From: Tubulanus polymorphus
Taxonomy: Eukaryota; Animalia; Nemertea
DNA: 64,000 nt
Reading direction: 5' to 3'
NCBI RefSeq assembly: GCF_964204645.1
Contig: NC_134025.1
Location: 8,494,001 to 8,558,000, forward strand
The translations under genes and the position numbers were made by a program. Of this stretch, positions 35,701 through 50,700 are shown in pieces; position 1 is the first letter of the stretch; every line of letters starts with the position of its first letter. The notes below the pieces were generated by a model, which was not told the origin of the DNA, searched no databases, and saw only the letters and a program-made list of their open reading frames with translations.

Positions 35701-38700
35701 TACAAGTATTCAAATGTTGTAATACATTATACATTTACTTGACATCATAAGGCAAATGAATTTTTAATAACAGCACTAATCAATATGCTCTATGTAGAAC
35801 CATCAAGAATGTCTGACAGGTTTCACAATGGATCGTGTGGATTTCATGTAAACCATTTTGTATAACTTGCACTAAACAGAAGTACCAGTAATTTTCTGAC
35901 AAATTTCTATTTGCTACTAGACTAATGTTAGGCACAGAAGCAGCATCTAATGGAATACTGTAATTCCCATAGAAAGATTCTAATCTTCTAGCTGAAGTCT
36001 CAAATTACCAATCAGAATATTGCAAAAAGTTCTTGAATAAGTAATGTGAGGTGCTGTTTACATTACTTATAAATAATTCTCATTCAAATACGTGTAATAT
36101 GTATAACTCTGTACAGTTATATCAAACATCTTCTTATACTAAATTTTCATTTGATAGAACTGGGGATTTGAAATGAAAAATTACCTACCTCGGAATGATA
36201 TCTTTTCCAACTACTACTGATGTAATGAAAGACTTGGTTTCTTCTACTGCCTGCATGCTGCATTAAAAGAAATATGCGCAATAGAATCAACTTCAACTTC
36301 GACAGAATCCAAAATGTTATTACTTCAACAACAGGAAGGTTGTAGGTCCACATAAATATGAGATTAAATGGTTTCAAACAGCCATTTCACGCATGGATTA
36401 TCTGAAATGTATCAAAATAACTTAATTTACCTGAGTAGGCCACCTGGTGGAGAGTATGCATAACATTGGAGGGAGGGATAATCTTGACGAAGTAGAATGG
36501 CGAGGATCGCAGCTGTTCCTGCACCTAATGAATGACCTAGAATTACCAAGTCATATTCATCTGTAACCTGTAGATGAAAACAGAAAATAAAATACAATTC
36601 AATTAGGCCTATCATGTAAAAAAGCTCACAGTTCTGAACTCTTAAAATTACCCTTTCATGTTGAAATGCTGTTGTTAGGATTCCCTCCTCTTTTAATTTT
36701 TTCTTGATGTAAACAGCTGCCTGCACCATACCCTAAACAAATATGAAATGAGAATAATAGTTTTTCATAGAAATCTGAATCTGGTTTAACATCAGGCATA
36801 TGTCTACATAACAATCATAATATATGTCTCACAGTTTCACGAAATGAATTTATAAGACATAATATTGACTTTGTATTAGACCATGAACATCCACGATGAA
36901 GCGATTTCATCAAACTCAACATGATCAACTAACAGGAATTGACATTTACCTTGTGACCTAACCACTCTTCATTTACAGGATCGATTGGCAGTGTCTCAGC
37001 GTCTGCCTTCAAGTCTGTCAATACATCCTACAAGTAGAAGTAGATTTTCAATGCATACATGTAATTCCTACCCACAAAATCCACCCAAACTATAAACCAA
37101 TCAAAATCAAATTGAATACATAGAAATAATAGCCCAGTTGTCCGCTGTGATTGAGAATATGTTGCCACAATGATCATTACCGGTATGATGCGTAAGCCCA
37201 TTCAGTAATTCGCAATATCTACTTATGGGTAAAACTCGCGAGAATACTGGAAATAGCTCAGTGATCTACCGGTATATTCGATTTTTCTGATTAAACTGGA
37301 ATTGGTTTCATGTTTTCTATTATGAAAAGACCATTGGCGGAGACAAACATACAGCACTTTGTTAATAGTTTTGAAGAAAGCCTGGTATTGAAAAATTTAT
37401 TCATGACCATAAATTAACCTTCTATATCAACCTTCTTATGAAATAGACTTATTTTTGCTCATCGAGAATCAAAGATAGGTGCTGTCAGTTTGAATTTCTC
37501 TCATGGTAATTTGGTTAAGCTATCTGGCTAATGCATATATCTTTCAAATTAATGTCTCACTGCATTCATTGATCTCAAAAGCCCTAGTGTCCGTGTTAAC
37601 TATATTAAAATCATTTCACTTCCATTGACTATTGATTGTAAACCTATCCAATAAATTAGTCATAAGCAGATTAGTACAACTGGGTGATGATGTTCTGGGA
37701 TACTCTGAACTATTTACATATTCATTCACTTTCAAGTCTGGGGCGCTCAATGCTTCTTGAAACATTTGGGCAAACTTAAAACTCATTAAACATCATGTAC
37801 AGAGGATGTATTCAATATTGCTTTTAGCTTCATACAGGAAAAATTCCAATGTCGGCAGTGCCGAAAGCCTTCTCTGTTCGCTTTCATCTAATTTACACTG
37901 TGACAAATTATCTGTCACTTTCAATTGTTCACATCATTAAGCAAGAACAAACCCAAGACTGTAGGGGTCATGATGGAACAATTGATGTACGTGTATAGAC
38001 GCCTCGATATTGATGTGTTTTCTATGATCTCCACAAATTACTGCAAGGATTTGTCGTAGAATAGTCTCTCTTAGATTATATAACACTACACAAATGACTC
38101 TGCACTAACCTGCAATGATAATGTTCCTCTTATTGATATCACAACTTTTTTATCTTTGTGGTCTAGCGCGACAAAAAATGGAGTCTCCCCAATCTGAAAG
38201 ATAAACAGGATACATAGACTGTTAAAAGACATACGACATATTCATAGATTTTCTTCAATAAATTCAGGTATAATTCAAACATTATGATACAATTTGCAAA
38301 TTTGGATAAAAGCATCTTAAGTTTCTGTTCAGTATACTGGAAGCCTATAGCAAATTATGTGAATTTGTATTAAATATAAATGCAATATTACGAATACTTA
38401 CATCGACATGATATGTAACGTAAATGAAGTCGGCATCTTGAAGTCCGCTCATCTCCTTCAATGCGGCATAATTACAACTACAGCAGTTATCCTCAACGAT
38501 ATCCGGTTTCCTTTTAGTCTTCTTGCAAGGACAACAACAACAGCTGAAAGTAGCAGGAAATTATTATACTGAATAAAATATTGCCTTTGTTCTGATGATT
38601 TTCATCTACATCGAATTGATACATTATATCAGAGTTTGAATGCATATCTTTTTATGGGGAAAGCCAAATTCAGAATGGTAGAGCTCATCGGTGTAGAGTA

Positions 38701-41700
38701 TAAGTGCCCTCAGGTTTGATGCAGAGCTTTCAAGCTAGGCTTTTAATTAATGAATATTTGCATATAGATAGTCATCAATGTACTTAAGAAAAAGTTGCAA
38801 CAAAGAATCACAAGTGTATGTTTGTAGATTATACCTAGTGTGAAGATGGGGCATCATTCTACATAATGCAGTGCCAGAGTACATCACCATATACATCGGC
38901 CAGCCATACGCGGCTAAAGCATATGACATGAAATGCAGCACATTCGTACACAAGTCATGTATGTCTGGGTCCTTCAGACGAAGAAAACGTGTCCTTGGCG
39001 TAATTGCAACTCCGGATAAGAACTGATAGACATCATTACTACCCTGGAAATAAGTGACAAAAAAGTTCAAAATGATATTCAGATATATGAGACCAAGAAA
39101 GAGACAAGTGTGGTTGTGTAAACAGAAAGAATAATGTTGTCTTCAGAAGCACTACTTCCTAGGAAAACATATATAAGTGGCACTTGTTGCTTTATTCAAG
39201 CCATAAATATTTCTTTTAAGTTCCACATCCATGTGTCTCTTTTAATACCACTCATCAAGTCAAATTGCAAGTTACGTAACATGAGGATTGAAAGTGTAAC
39301 ATAACTTGCAAAATGACACTTTTTCATTAAGACAGCGCGATGCAAGCTCCCATGATGATGAAATTTAATGACCACTTAGAAACAACTCGGTAAGTGCCAT
39401 TAATCAAAATTCCAAATGAGCATTTGAAAATCAATAACTTTCCCCCCCATTTTACAACTAATTAGCCTACTGCAAAGCTTTATACATGTATTTGATGTTG
39501 CAATAAAGATGGAGAACATTTAACAGTTGCACTTGTGATAAGTTCATTTAGATTCACTGTTCAAAATGAGCAGTGAACTACAAAAATAAATCGTTAGAAG
39601 TCAACATTAAGATGCGCTGGTACATCTAAACTGTAAATTACCATTTCTGTTATCATATTATCATATATATGTAAACATGAGCCCAGCAGTAAATGACATT
39701 AGGTGACATAACTCCGAGAATCCACCATTAATGGACGTAAAAGTCCCAAGAGAGAATGAAATTCCAGTTGACATGACAACACCATAAAATGAACACTATA
39801 CACATGATGGTCCAACAGTTAAAAGAAAATTGCATGAGTAACTAGAGATATTTTCAGCAAAAGCGCAGTAGTTTCAGGGAAATAAAAATGTGCTTAAGAT
39901 GAAAAAATGAGAAGAATGCTTTAATCTTAAGAAATGCCTATGCCAAAATAGAATGTATAGGGTATTTCATCAACAAATTCTTTAGAAGAAACTAGAGAAA
40001 CTACAGAGTCTCTTATCTATTTACCTGACTGACTATAGTTTTTCGGCAGTGTTTCTGATAGGTCCGCATTAGCACCAGTCCAGCTATCACGTCAGATGGT
40101 ACGACATCCAAATCGCGGAAAAACTCAGTAAAAAGTTTTGCAATTTCCGTGAAGGAGTTATTCTGAAAAGGAAAAATATGACACTTTGATTGCAGTGTAT
40201 AGCTTCTATAACATCTTGTAGGAGGTTAGTACATCATGCAAGCAATACCAAAAAACAAAGAGAACATGAGAGTAAACATGATTTATAATGCCTGAACTCT
40301 CAAGTTATTGCCATATTTTTTTATAGGGAGAGCTCATCTTGAAAACAAGGATAACTTCAAACGATGCAAATACATAACAATAGTAACAGGTAATAAGTAA
40401 CAGGATACAGTCTACGGTGAACAGCTGAATCTCGTTGCTCATGAAGGCAGTGTTTTCGTAGCTGATTTTATATTAATAGGAAGTTGATTTATTAACAATC
40501 TGATCTTAGAAATTGTGTAGTGCTGCATTGTTGTGTGTGACCATGGATGTATTAGTCGGTATGTCCATGGTGTCAGGAGTACCAGGAGTAATCAGACTTC
40601 AGTCTGATAACTTCAAGATGTGACTGATGTAGTGAAAATTTCAAAAATGTTACTTAAAATTTGTTAGAATTATGAGCTTTTGAATGAGATGATCAATGGT
40701 TTAAGTTGAATTATCGGGGATACAGTATCAATGCTTCTACATTATATAGTCACCAGCGCATTGGTACATTAAATATTTAAATGAGTAACATCATGAAAAA
40801 GGTAGTTATCAGGTTTGATTGATACTTTCACTTCTTTTTTAGCTTCATCCAATCAAGACAAGGAAATAAAAAAATAGATTGGAAAAAATCCAACAATGTT
40901 GACCCACCAGCTACCAAAAAACATGGCACCTCGAAACTGTAAAAATGCTTATTAGATTGATAGTCCACACTACTCACAGCCGGCGGTGATCCTGATGGCC
41001 GACTGCCCAAATGAGATGATCGAATAAGCTGGGATAATATCATCCAGGTAAATTTGAATGCCAGTTATTATTGATCAACAAAGCTATGATTCACTATGTC
41101 AATACTCCTTGTTACTGGCAATCTACTGTCATAACCTACTTACACCATCATTGACTGATTTACACACATAACTAATGCATCAGAGATATGAATGGTACAA
41201 TGAATACGCATCATGACTGTATTGTTTATAGATATGTGTATTGTATTTTAGTTGAAAAGGTGTGGCAGATAAATTGGAAAGAACTTCAGAATAAAATTTA
41301 TGAAAAATGGTGACTACTTACACCATTGCGGTCATTCTTAACGCAACAGAACAACACTCGGCATCTGCGGTCCCAACTTTCCTCATAGGCACGGATTGCT
41401 TTCCTGTAAAAAAAACAAAAAGAAGTACTTTATTACTGGGAAGCAAGTTTTATCGATGCATTTACATTTTACATACATAAACAACTCCCTGGTTTTGCCC
41501 AGGGCCTTCATTGTTAAGAGACTCCTCATTTTGATAAATACAGTAATTTAAGATAACACCAAGAGAATTCTTGCCATCATGGATACAGCATTCTCTATGT
41601 TGAAAATGTGATATCTTTTATCTATGATATGAGATTCTGACTCTGATCATGTTTTGACACGATTTTCTGCTCAGCGCGGAACCTGTTTCAAGATGCAGCA

Positions 41701-44700
41701 ACAAAACTTCTTAAATCAAAAACCGTCTCATGTAGCTACAACCATTCAAGTCAGTGATAACTGGAATTTTGGGAGCGAAAAAAGTCAAAGTCCAATAATT
41801 GTCTACTTTTCAACCTCACGTGCATTGCATACATACATCATGCAAGTACATAATGCAATAAATCAAATGATATATGCATTTATCCCTCACAAGTAATCTC
41901 AAAACTGAAAAAGTCACTCGACCGAATGTTTTTATTTTCTCCAGACAGCTTCTTGAAACCATTTCCATCAGTAGCAGTGCATTCGCTGTTTAAGCATTAT
42001 CACACAATGACAGGCTAGACTAGATGGAATTCGTAGCTCTTGATGAAGAAGCCGATGAATAATTCGTAACCTATGCCACCAACCATCAACTTCGCAACCT
42101 TGAAGCTAGCTAAATGCCAGGCTCAAGGAGTCTGACCCTGAATGGACATTGGTGTGTGCAGCTTTTTGAGCAAGAGTTTTGCAGGCATTTCTTGCCCTAT
42201 GAAAATATAAAAGAAAGATAATCAGCCTCAAAAAGTGAAAAAAACCATGTTCAAACTGTGTGCTAATGCAGTAATGTCCATGAGAGTTTGGTATGCTTTT
42301 CAAAAATTATTAAGGAATAGCAATTAAATCTAACATAGTAGAAGAAAATGACCAGTGAAAAATGACATGAAGATGAAGTCAGAGAATGCCCGTTGTCGGC
42401 GAGTAATGGGATGAAGACATTCATATTGGTATCAGCCACAGCTTACTAAAAGGTTATTGTTATCAGCAACACAATAATGCCAGTCAATGTGTCACTTATA
42501 TCGCTGTCCGGAAGATAGCTTCGTGAAGGCTTTTCAATCAGCGATATTTCTTAATCCTTTGGAAATATTCAGGAAATATGTATTGGAACATCACAGCGAT
42601 GATCAAATGATAATGCTGGGAAGTTTGGTCAAACTTCATCCTTACAGACTCACTACCGGGTAAACACCCATGTAAGGCATATTTGGTACAGTAAAATAGT
42701 TAGCAAGCTTAATGTACTCAAATAACTATTGGTAAACTATTGACAGAAATGCCGCATAACTTCTCTCAGTAATAGCCATCATCTAAACCCATATTTCGCC
42801 CACTGGGATGAACTAAGTGACCACACTATTAGGCAATTGTCATGAGGCCATTTTATCACTATTTCTTGCATTGGTTGGATTTCCAAACCTGGATGTTTTC
42901 GTGAACAGTAGAAATAAGACTAACAAGAAAAGTGTAGAAAAATTAGGACTGTCAGTCACCATAATGTCGGATTTTTGAAACCATGCAGTGTACCTGTAAA
43001 TACTGGTATACCAGTACTAATGGCATATGGTAGTGCGTAAGAGGGCATTATGGTTCATCAGTTTTCTGTATTCAATATTGCTAATTAGATGTATTGAATG
43101 GGCAGTTGCTTATCTACATCAGTATTCCACCAACCATTAAAAAGAGGTATACACCCATGAATTCGTAGGTGGGTTGAGCAACCAGATACACCAGAACAAG
43201 TTGAATTATTGCTGTGTGAAATAGTGAGGATTAATAGATTATGTTATGACACTCATTTCTCCATGCGATTTAAGTGAAATAAGTTCATGACCAGGTGCCT
43301 ACTGGTGTATTTTCATGATCAGATCCATGCAAGAGAATGGCAGATTGGTTTCATGCAGCTGCTAATTCCATTGATCATCACAGTAACACATTAAATGAAT
43401 TGTGAGAAAACCCAGTGATCTAGATGAATTTATTTGTAGATTGTTAGATTTAATGGACCAAATCTATTCATACATCAATTCACCCACTGTTGTACAAATA
43501 GGGCATCAAATTAGTTGACTAGGTTTTCAAATAATGAAATCAAAATCCGGATGAACATTCCAATCATAAAGTGATTTATACAACAACAAGCTCCTTTGCT
43601 GGCAATAAGTGATTCGAGGTATATTGACTATTCTGGCTGGAGGCACAAGCAATATTTAGAAAATTATAACATGTTTATTACTTGACCCTGCGTTTGACAC
43701 AGATTGTGTGCTCATCATCAGGTGCATTAAGCAGCCGCTGAAATGTTCGTATAACAATGCTGTCCTGCCTAAACAAAAATATAAAACACGGAAAGGATAA
43801 GCAACAAAGATAGAGAAAAAACTTAAAAGTTCATTACCAAAGCCTTACTTACACAAACCACCTTACATTTGAGATGAAGAAATCCAGATACGTTCATATC
43901 AAGATTAAGCATAATGAAATTTAGGGTAAGGGATAAAGCTGTACACATGTAATTAGCATTAGGTCTACATAAATGTGTAACAAAAATCATGGTATATACA
44001 CTAATTAATAATGGATTCAAATGCAGATTCAGACGTGAGTGTTATCAGCAGAGCTGTTGAGATATCCTTCCTGTATAAAGAATATGAATTATGGAGTCGT
44101 CTGTGTAAATGATAAATACATTTTTTTTCATATCAGCCAGATGATATATCAGAGAGACTTGTCAGGCAAAAGGAAAGACCCCCTCTGGTTACGTGAGGTC
44201 ATTGCGTCGCCATACAACTCAATTGTTACATGGAACAGTCAGAATTCACATCTATGTGGTATCTTTGACAAGTGACAAGTTAAGCTGATAAAACCTGCAA
44301 TCTCATTTCCTCAGTGTACCATTGACCACTTGTACTAATGAGCTAGGCCGAAGAAAAGAATACCAAAAGATTTACATATGTTAATACTGGGCGGGGAATT
44401 TTGGAAGTAGATTGGCAACGGGAGAATGATCCAATCGACTAAATTAGGGTATAGCTGCTAGCAAAAAATAATCTAACACCTAGCTCTAAGCTAAGATCGA
44501 CTTGATAGTAAGAGAATTGATCATAATTACTAATGAGCGATTTGTTTTCATAATATGAACATAGTGACCAAATGTCTGTAATTTGAGATATAGAATATAT
44601 TTCTTTCTTGATATATAATGTATCAATTTGATACCAAGTTTATGAATAAAAATTAGAATAAATAGTCCTTTGGTATTCTGAAAAATATCAACTTCATTTC

Positions 44701-47700
44701 ATTAATTACATGATTATCTGGTGAAGGTTCTAATCTAACAGCTTGTGGCAGGTGACGTCTATTCAAAAGCAAAATCCGCAGAAACATTTTGACGAAAATG
44801 CAATCAGATAAACTGGGCATTTAGACACTAATTAAAATGTTTCCAGGATCCTATGATGACAACAGTGAGGACAGGGTTACCTGTTACAGTCAGGGGAGTC
44901 AGGAGAGCAAACATCATAGCAAAATCTGTATGACCTATAAAACAAATACTAATCAATGAATCAAAACACAGACAATTTATAAAACATTGATTGATGGCAA
45001 ATATCGGCAAGCAAATGTAAATCTGTGCAAAGAAAGCAGGGTTTACAAGCTACTGTAATTCGTATGGGTTAATGCAATACGTTTATCATGGTTGTCTTGT
45101 TTTTTGTCGCCATCAAAGTGCACTATGCAGGTCTTGATAAATACATACACGGATGTGTCATAAAATTACAAGTCATTTGATGGTGAAATTTCATCCATGA
45201 ACTGATCTGAAAGAGTTGGGTTAACTACGAACTTCCCTTTAAACATCTATTCATTAATACTGGTGATGGAACCGTCGCCAGCCTTCAGGCACAATGATCA
45301 AGTCGATTACGCAGTCGTGATTGCCTTGTTAGATGGCAAAAAACGCAATGAAATACACTTAGCTGACAGAGACACATAGAAAACCGGTCCATCGGCAAAC
45401 ACTGCGACCACCAATTTACCATTTGGTGCGCAGGCAGACACATACAAAAATCATTTTCCGTCTTATATTTGGAATCACAAGTCCAACATTTCAACTTTCG
45501 TTTGATTAAATCTTCTGTATCTCGATTTCATACATTATTCATAGTTCTCTCTGTGAGCAAAAGCCTGTTCGACGAAATACACTAAACCGCTAATTAAGAA
45601 CTGTGATGGCTTGTGTTGTTCGTTTTGATAGATAATTAAGTCCACCTTCAAAATAATCTGGTTTTCACGGAATTCGCTCCTGGGCAATAAATTGTCACGC
45701 AGCAGGTACTGTTGTAATGTTAGACCAGATAAAAATACTGGATCTAGGCACGCAATAAGATTCGCTTACAGTCTGGGCATAAGAGAGCTTCTCATCGTAT
45801 TATTCGATCTGAATATATTTGTGTTCAAGTGACCAACGTTCCTGAGTTATATAGAGAAATCAACAAACTGTCAAGAGACGGATTTGTCAGGAAATGAGTA
45901 CAAAGTCTGAGTATTTAGAAATGATTTCTGCTGGAATACTGAAAATCCGTTATTGTGAAACTGCAGATCACATTACCAACTTAGCATAAACCTTAATACA
46001 GGAAGGATTTGCAGGGTAGCTAATATTGTTGGGATTGAGCCAGTTGAACAAAATCCTATGACATCCATCGCATGATGACTTATCCGAACTTTACTCATTA
46101 AAACCCATGCGACGTGCAGATCTACACATTTTCAGCAGATGTAAAGAAATTCAAAGGAAATCAATGTTTTTACATGTACTGTAAACTTTCATGCATGAAT
46201 GCAGCGTAGTGTTGTAGAGTTGCAGCAGCCAGTTTCTATTCATTTCATAAGATGCCAAAATAAAAAGAGAATTTGGAACTTCGGCCTCTTTCCGTCATTT
46301 CTGGTTGGCTGAAAAATTTCAGTTTCCATTTCCCGTTTCAGTTTCAGAATGAATGCGCGAAAAACCTGCTAGAACTGCGTATCATAGTTTAGGATACTCT
46401 GCCACCAGCATGTAAATATGTTGTTACCTTATCCATAACGACAACACAAATTTTTTCATAAACATCACATTATAAAAGCCACACCTTAGAGTTGAATTTT
46501 ATGTAATTGTGATTATCCCTGCGAGAGAAAGATCGCACAGTCTATGTCGGCTTCCAAAATGACATCGTCAATTTCCATAGGATGTAAGGTAGCTAAACCA
46601 GACATACTTTTTGAAACGATACTGGGAAAAAATTATTGATACAATTTCCAGAAGCCTTACATTTAAAATCCTATCATAATAATAATGTGGTCATCCTCTA
46701 TATTTCGTACAATTTCACCAGCATAATCGAGTTATGAAAATATCCAATATCCATATCTGTTTTGGAATTTGATCACCATGGCAACTAGTCAACAACTAAG
46801 TCCTTACGATAAAAAGGTTGGCGATTTACAAACGATTTCATATAGTTTTGTATAATTTGCATATTTCGTATAAAGCTTGTGTCAGCATGTCAGGAACCTG
46901 AATAATGTAAAATACCACATAAAAAGGGTCAAACCAGTAAACAACTACGTCTTTGATGACAGTATTTTAAACATAGGCTTACATGGGAATCTGACACCAG
47001 AGCTTTTGCTCAAGCTTTTTCTCGTATACCATTCATCCTTTGACCATAGATCTGCTTCGCTTTTTATCGAGTTACTTTTAACCAAAATCATGTATAAAAC
47101 ACACTATGGTGGGAACTCTCCAGCTGGAAGAATAGGTCATTGAATGGCTGATATTTTGCATGGGGAAAGATACAAACAAATAACCCATAACCGATAAGAA
47201 AAATGAGCTTGTAAGAGCCAATAACTAACAATGTTTCTGCAGCAATCATATTCTTCTAGAACCCATATCATATTCCTCAATTTGATACCGCAGTTGTTGA
47301 GAACATCTGCAGAGGACATCTACCATGAACATTAATACAAAGACAATCTGAGCCAATTTAGTGATACTTTCCAACTAGACAAGCCACACAGACACATATG
47401 ATAAGATTGATGTCTGTGAATATGTTCTTCCTGTCGAAGACAATTTGTGAAGACAATTTGTGACTACCGGCATGACCTCAGAATTAGTCTTTTGCAGAAC
47501 ACAACCACAACTTTCATATTATTTACAACAAAATTTCAAACAGTCAGTCGCTTGCTGATCAGGGCATTTATCAGCTGCTCCATTTCTCTGCTACTGAAGT
47601 TGGGCCTGAGAGGAGCCATCAATCAAGTGACTCCCCGCCATGGACTGGAATGATGAGACCGCAGGGATATAGATAACTGTGATATATAGGTATGTTACAT

Positions 47701-50700
47701 GTTGAGGTCAGTTTGTGAAAAATCTAATGACTATTTGACCAATGAGCCACAGCATCTCTCCACAACTGTAATAAGCTGTGTTCACACTACATTTACAGTC
47801 TAAATTCCGTTTCAGTTAAGAATGCACAAAGCGCTCACACAAGTGATCGGTCAGTTCCAAGTTGGTCTGTTCCATTTTGAAGTGGACCAACTTGGTTTAA
47901 ATTGATTGAAATCTAAATAAACTGGTCACAACATTGTTATCAAGATCAATATAGTTTTTAAGTTAAACATCATTCTTATATTACCTAGAATTACTATTTA
48001 TGGATAATCATTTATCTTAAAAATCTGTCTCTTGCATCTGCTTGTCATGGAGTATCTGTTTTGTTTTGAAAATGTCTTGAATTTACCATAGATTGCTGTG
48101 TCCAGATATATGATAAACCGCAGTCATCGAAAATTTTCTTCATAAATAACAGCCAGGCTCGCAGACTCCTTAATCATTACAATATATAATATAAATTTCC
48201 GGGTGAAATATTCATGGCGACATCTTGTGAGACCAGTAATAACTATCTGTAACCAATTCAACAACCCTCACTGACCTCTGGTATGGTCAATTCTAAATTG
48301 AACCATTCCAGGTATGGACCAACTTAGAATGGACTTAGTCTTAGTCCATTAAGTAGTGGTACTGTGAATGGGGCAATAGAAATTGAAAGGTGTATGAACA
48401 TCTAGAAGTGACATCGATTTTACCTGTGTCGCCAGTTCCTCCGACTGCTCCCCGATCGGCGGCCATGTTTGCGTTCACGTGTTTTGATACTGCGTTGATA
48501 TCGTTTTAGTTTCACCCAACTACGGCCCGCCGTGTCGAAAGTGCACCACAACGATATCAACACGCTCAGCATCACAATCCAATTACATACTATTATACCT
48601 GAAATGATAAACAAGAAATCAAATTAATTTCAAAAACTTCTGAATTAATTCTAGTAACTGAATGAATTCCAATTATATGTGCGGACTACTAAACTTTGAT
48701 CAAATAAAAATGAATATTTTAGGATAAAATGCATCAATTTTCTTATGCATTTACCATTTTTTGACATCTCAGGGAAATTATTCAGTAATGAGAAAAATGT
48801 CTTTTAACCATACACAACCCATAATAGTATACATTTTCTAGTGTGCTACAAGTAATGGCCAAATGACATGATAAGACCTAATCAGTTCCCTCCGTTAAGT
48901 ATGGTTCCTTTGCCCTCATTAGAGGCATTTAAGTAATTATGTACAACTCTTAGATAATCTCAGCACTAGCGGCATCGATATTAGTCCAAAGGCTATGGTT
49001 AGCTTCCAGTCAGTTTGATCAGTTACCATATAACCATTTCATTACAGTAAATAAGTCCACCATAGATTATATCCGAAAATAAAACTGAACGTCATTCATC
49101 ACCATGCGTTAGAACAAATTGAGGACTGCCAGGATCGACAAGGTATGCTCTATCTCAATTGAATGGAGCTTTATTTGCTGTAATTTAATTCTGAAACATG
49201 AATCATTTTGAAATAAAGCTGGTAATAAAACAGCGATAGCTATCGGGGTAACGCTACAAGTCTGTAACCAGAAACCACCTTCAAAACAAATGAATTGGAT
49301 TCTCCTTGAAAAGATAGCATTTCATTGTCTAGATAGAAAGGTTGGTAACTGCCAGCTATTTACCTCACTTATTGCCAATAAGGAATATTCTCCTAAACTC
49401 TCAACTAACCTCAGTTATTGGTCATGTCTATTGACTGAATAATAAAGTTCTCAATAAGACAGTTTTTTGTTGTGAGAAGGTTGCCAGTGATAACAAAAAT
49501 TCATCCATTGATTTTATGTGAGAGTACAAATAAATAACGCAAAAAGTACAGGAGGCTGCGTGATTGCATTTAGAACACGATGAACAAAATCAAATCAACC
49601 AGGAATTGACACGAATGTAGAATAGAAAGTGCAATAACCATGAATGTGACAGTCATTGATGTTTGATAGATGAACTGAATTTCAATACTCTCTAAAGCTT
49701 TTTTTCTATCCAATACCCTGCAGTGTATCATAATACATTTAGACAGAATGACATGACGAGGGAGGAACTCGATCCATTAATTTTCTCAAAAGCGAAAAAG
49801 ACAGATTCATCATATCCATGGATGCATTTGGAAATGATGAATTTTTGGTTTTTAAGTAATGGGGCACATTTCAAATTTGAACATGCCCAGGGGAAAAGAA
49901 CATGGCTGAGTAATACAGAACAATCACATTTACAAAGATCAAAGGTTAGCCTCTTGATTGATTCAAAGTTACAGCATTCCATTTGCAAAATACGTATCTC
50001 CTCTGTAGCTCTTACCTCAGTAACTGAAACCCTATTTTAGATCAAGAATAATTCTAAAAACCTTACCTAAAACTGCACTTTTAGCTAATGAAATTGTGCA
50101 CGTTTCATAGTGTCTTGAAATCCACCAAACTCCAACAATCAACCATGCACACTCAACTAAAAGGATTACTGCAAAACAAGAAAACAGAACAATTTAATTA
50201 TTTACTCAAATATAAAGACTATATATTCTACCAACTAAGTCTGAAACTTTTGAAAGACATTTTTGTAATTCCTAACATTGACAACATTTCAAAAATCATT
50301 GATGTACAGTTAATACAAATCGTCCATCGAAATAATCTAATTTGATTTCATTGGTACACTAAAGTGAAATTGGATCCAAATGGCAGATATTCAATATTGA
50401 GTAATGAATAACGCACAGTTCGGATTTCACTTTTGCCTAAGATGGCGCTAAGAAACCAGCAGTTTATGATTTCCAGCAAAGACGGATAACGCTGCAATAA
50501 TCCTCAAATGATTTACAACTAGGATATGAAGAATTGTGGTTGCCAATAGAGACACTATCATAAGTACCGGAGAAATCTCCGGAGCAAGACTTTATGTCTG
50601 TGGGCGAGGTGTCATATCAACATTGATCGCATAGACATCGCATAAAATCATTGTATTTTTGATGTCTATATGTTAAACATATAAAACTATATATCATATA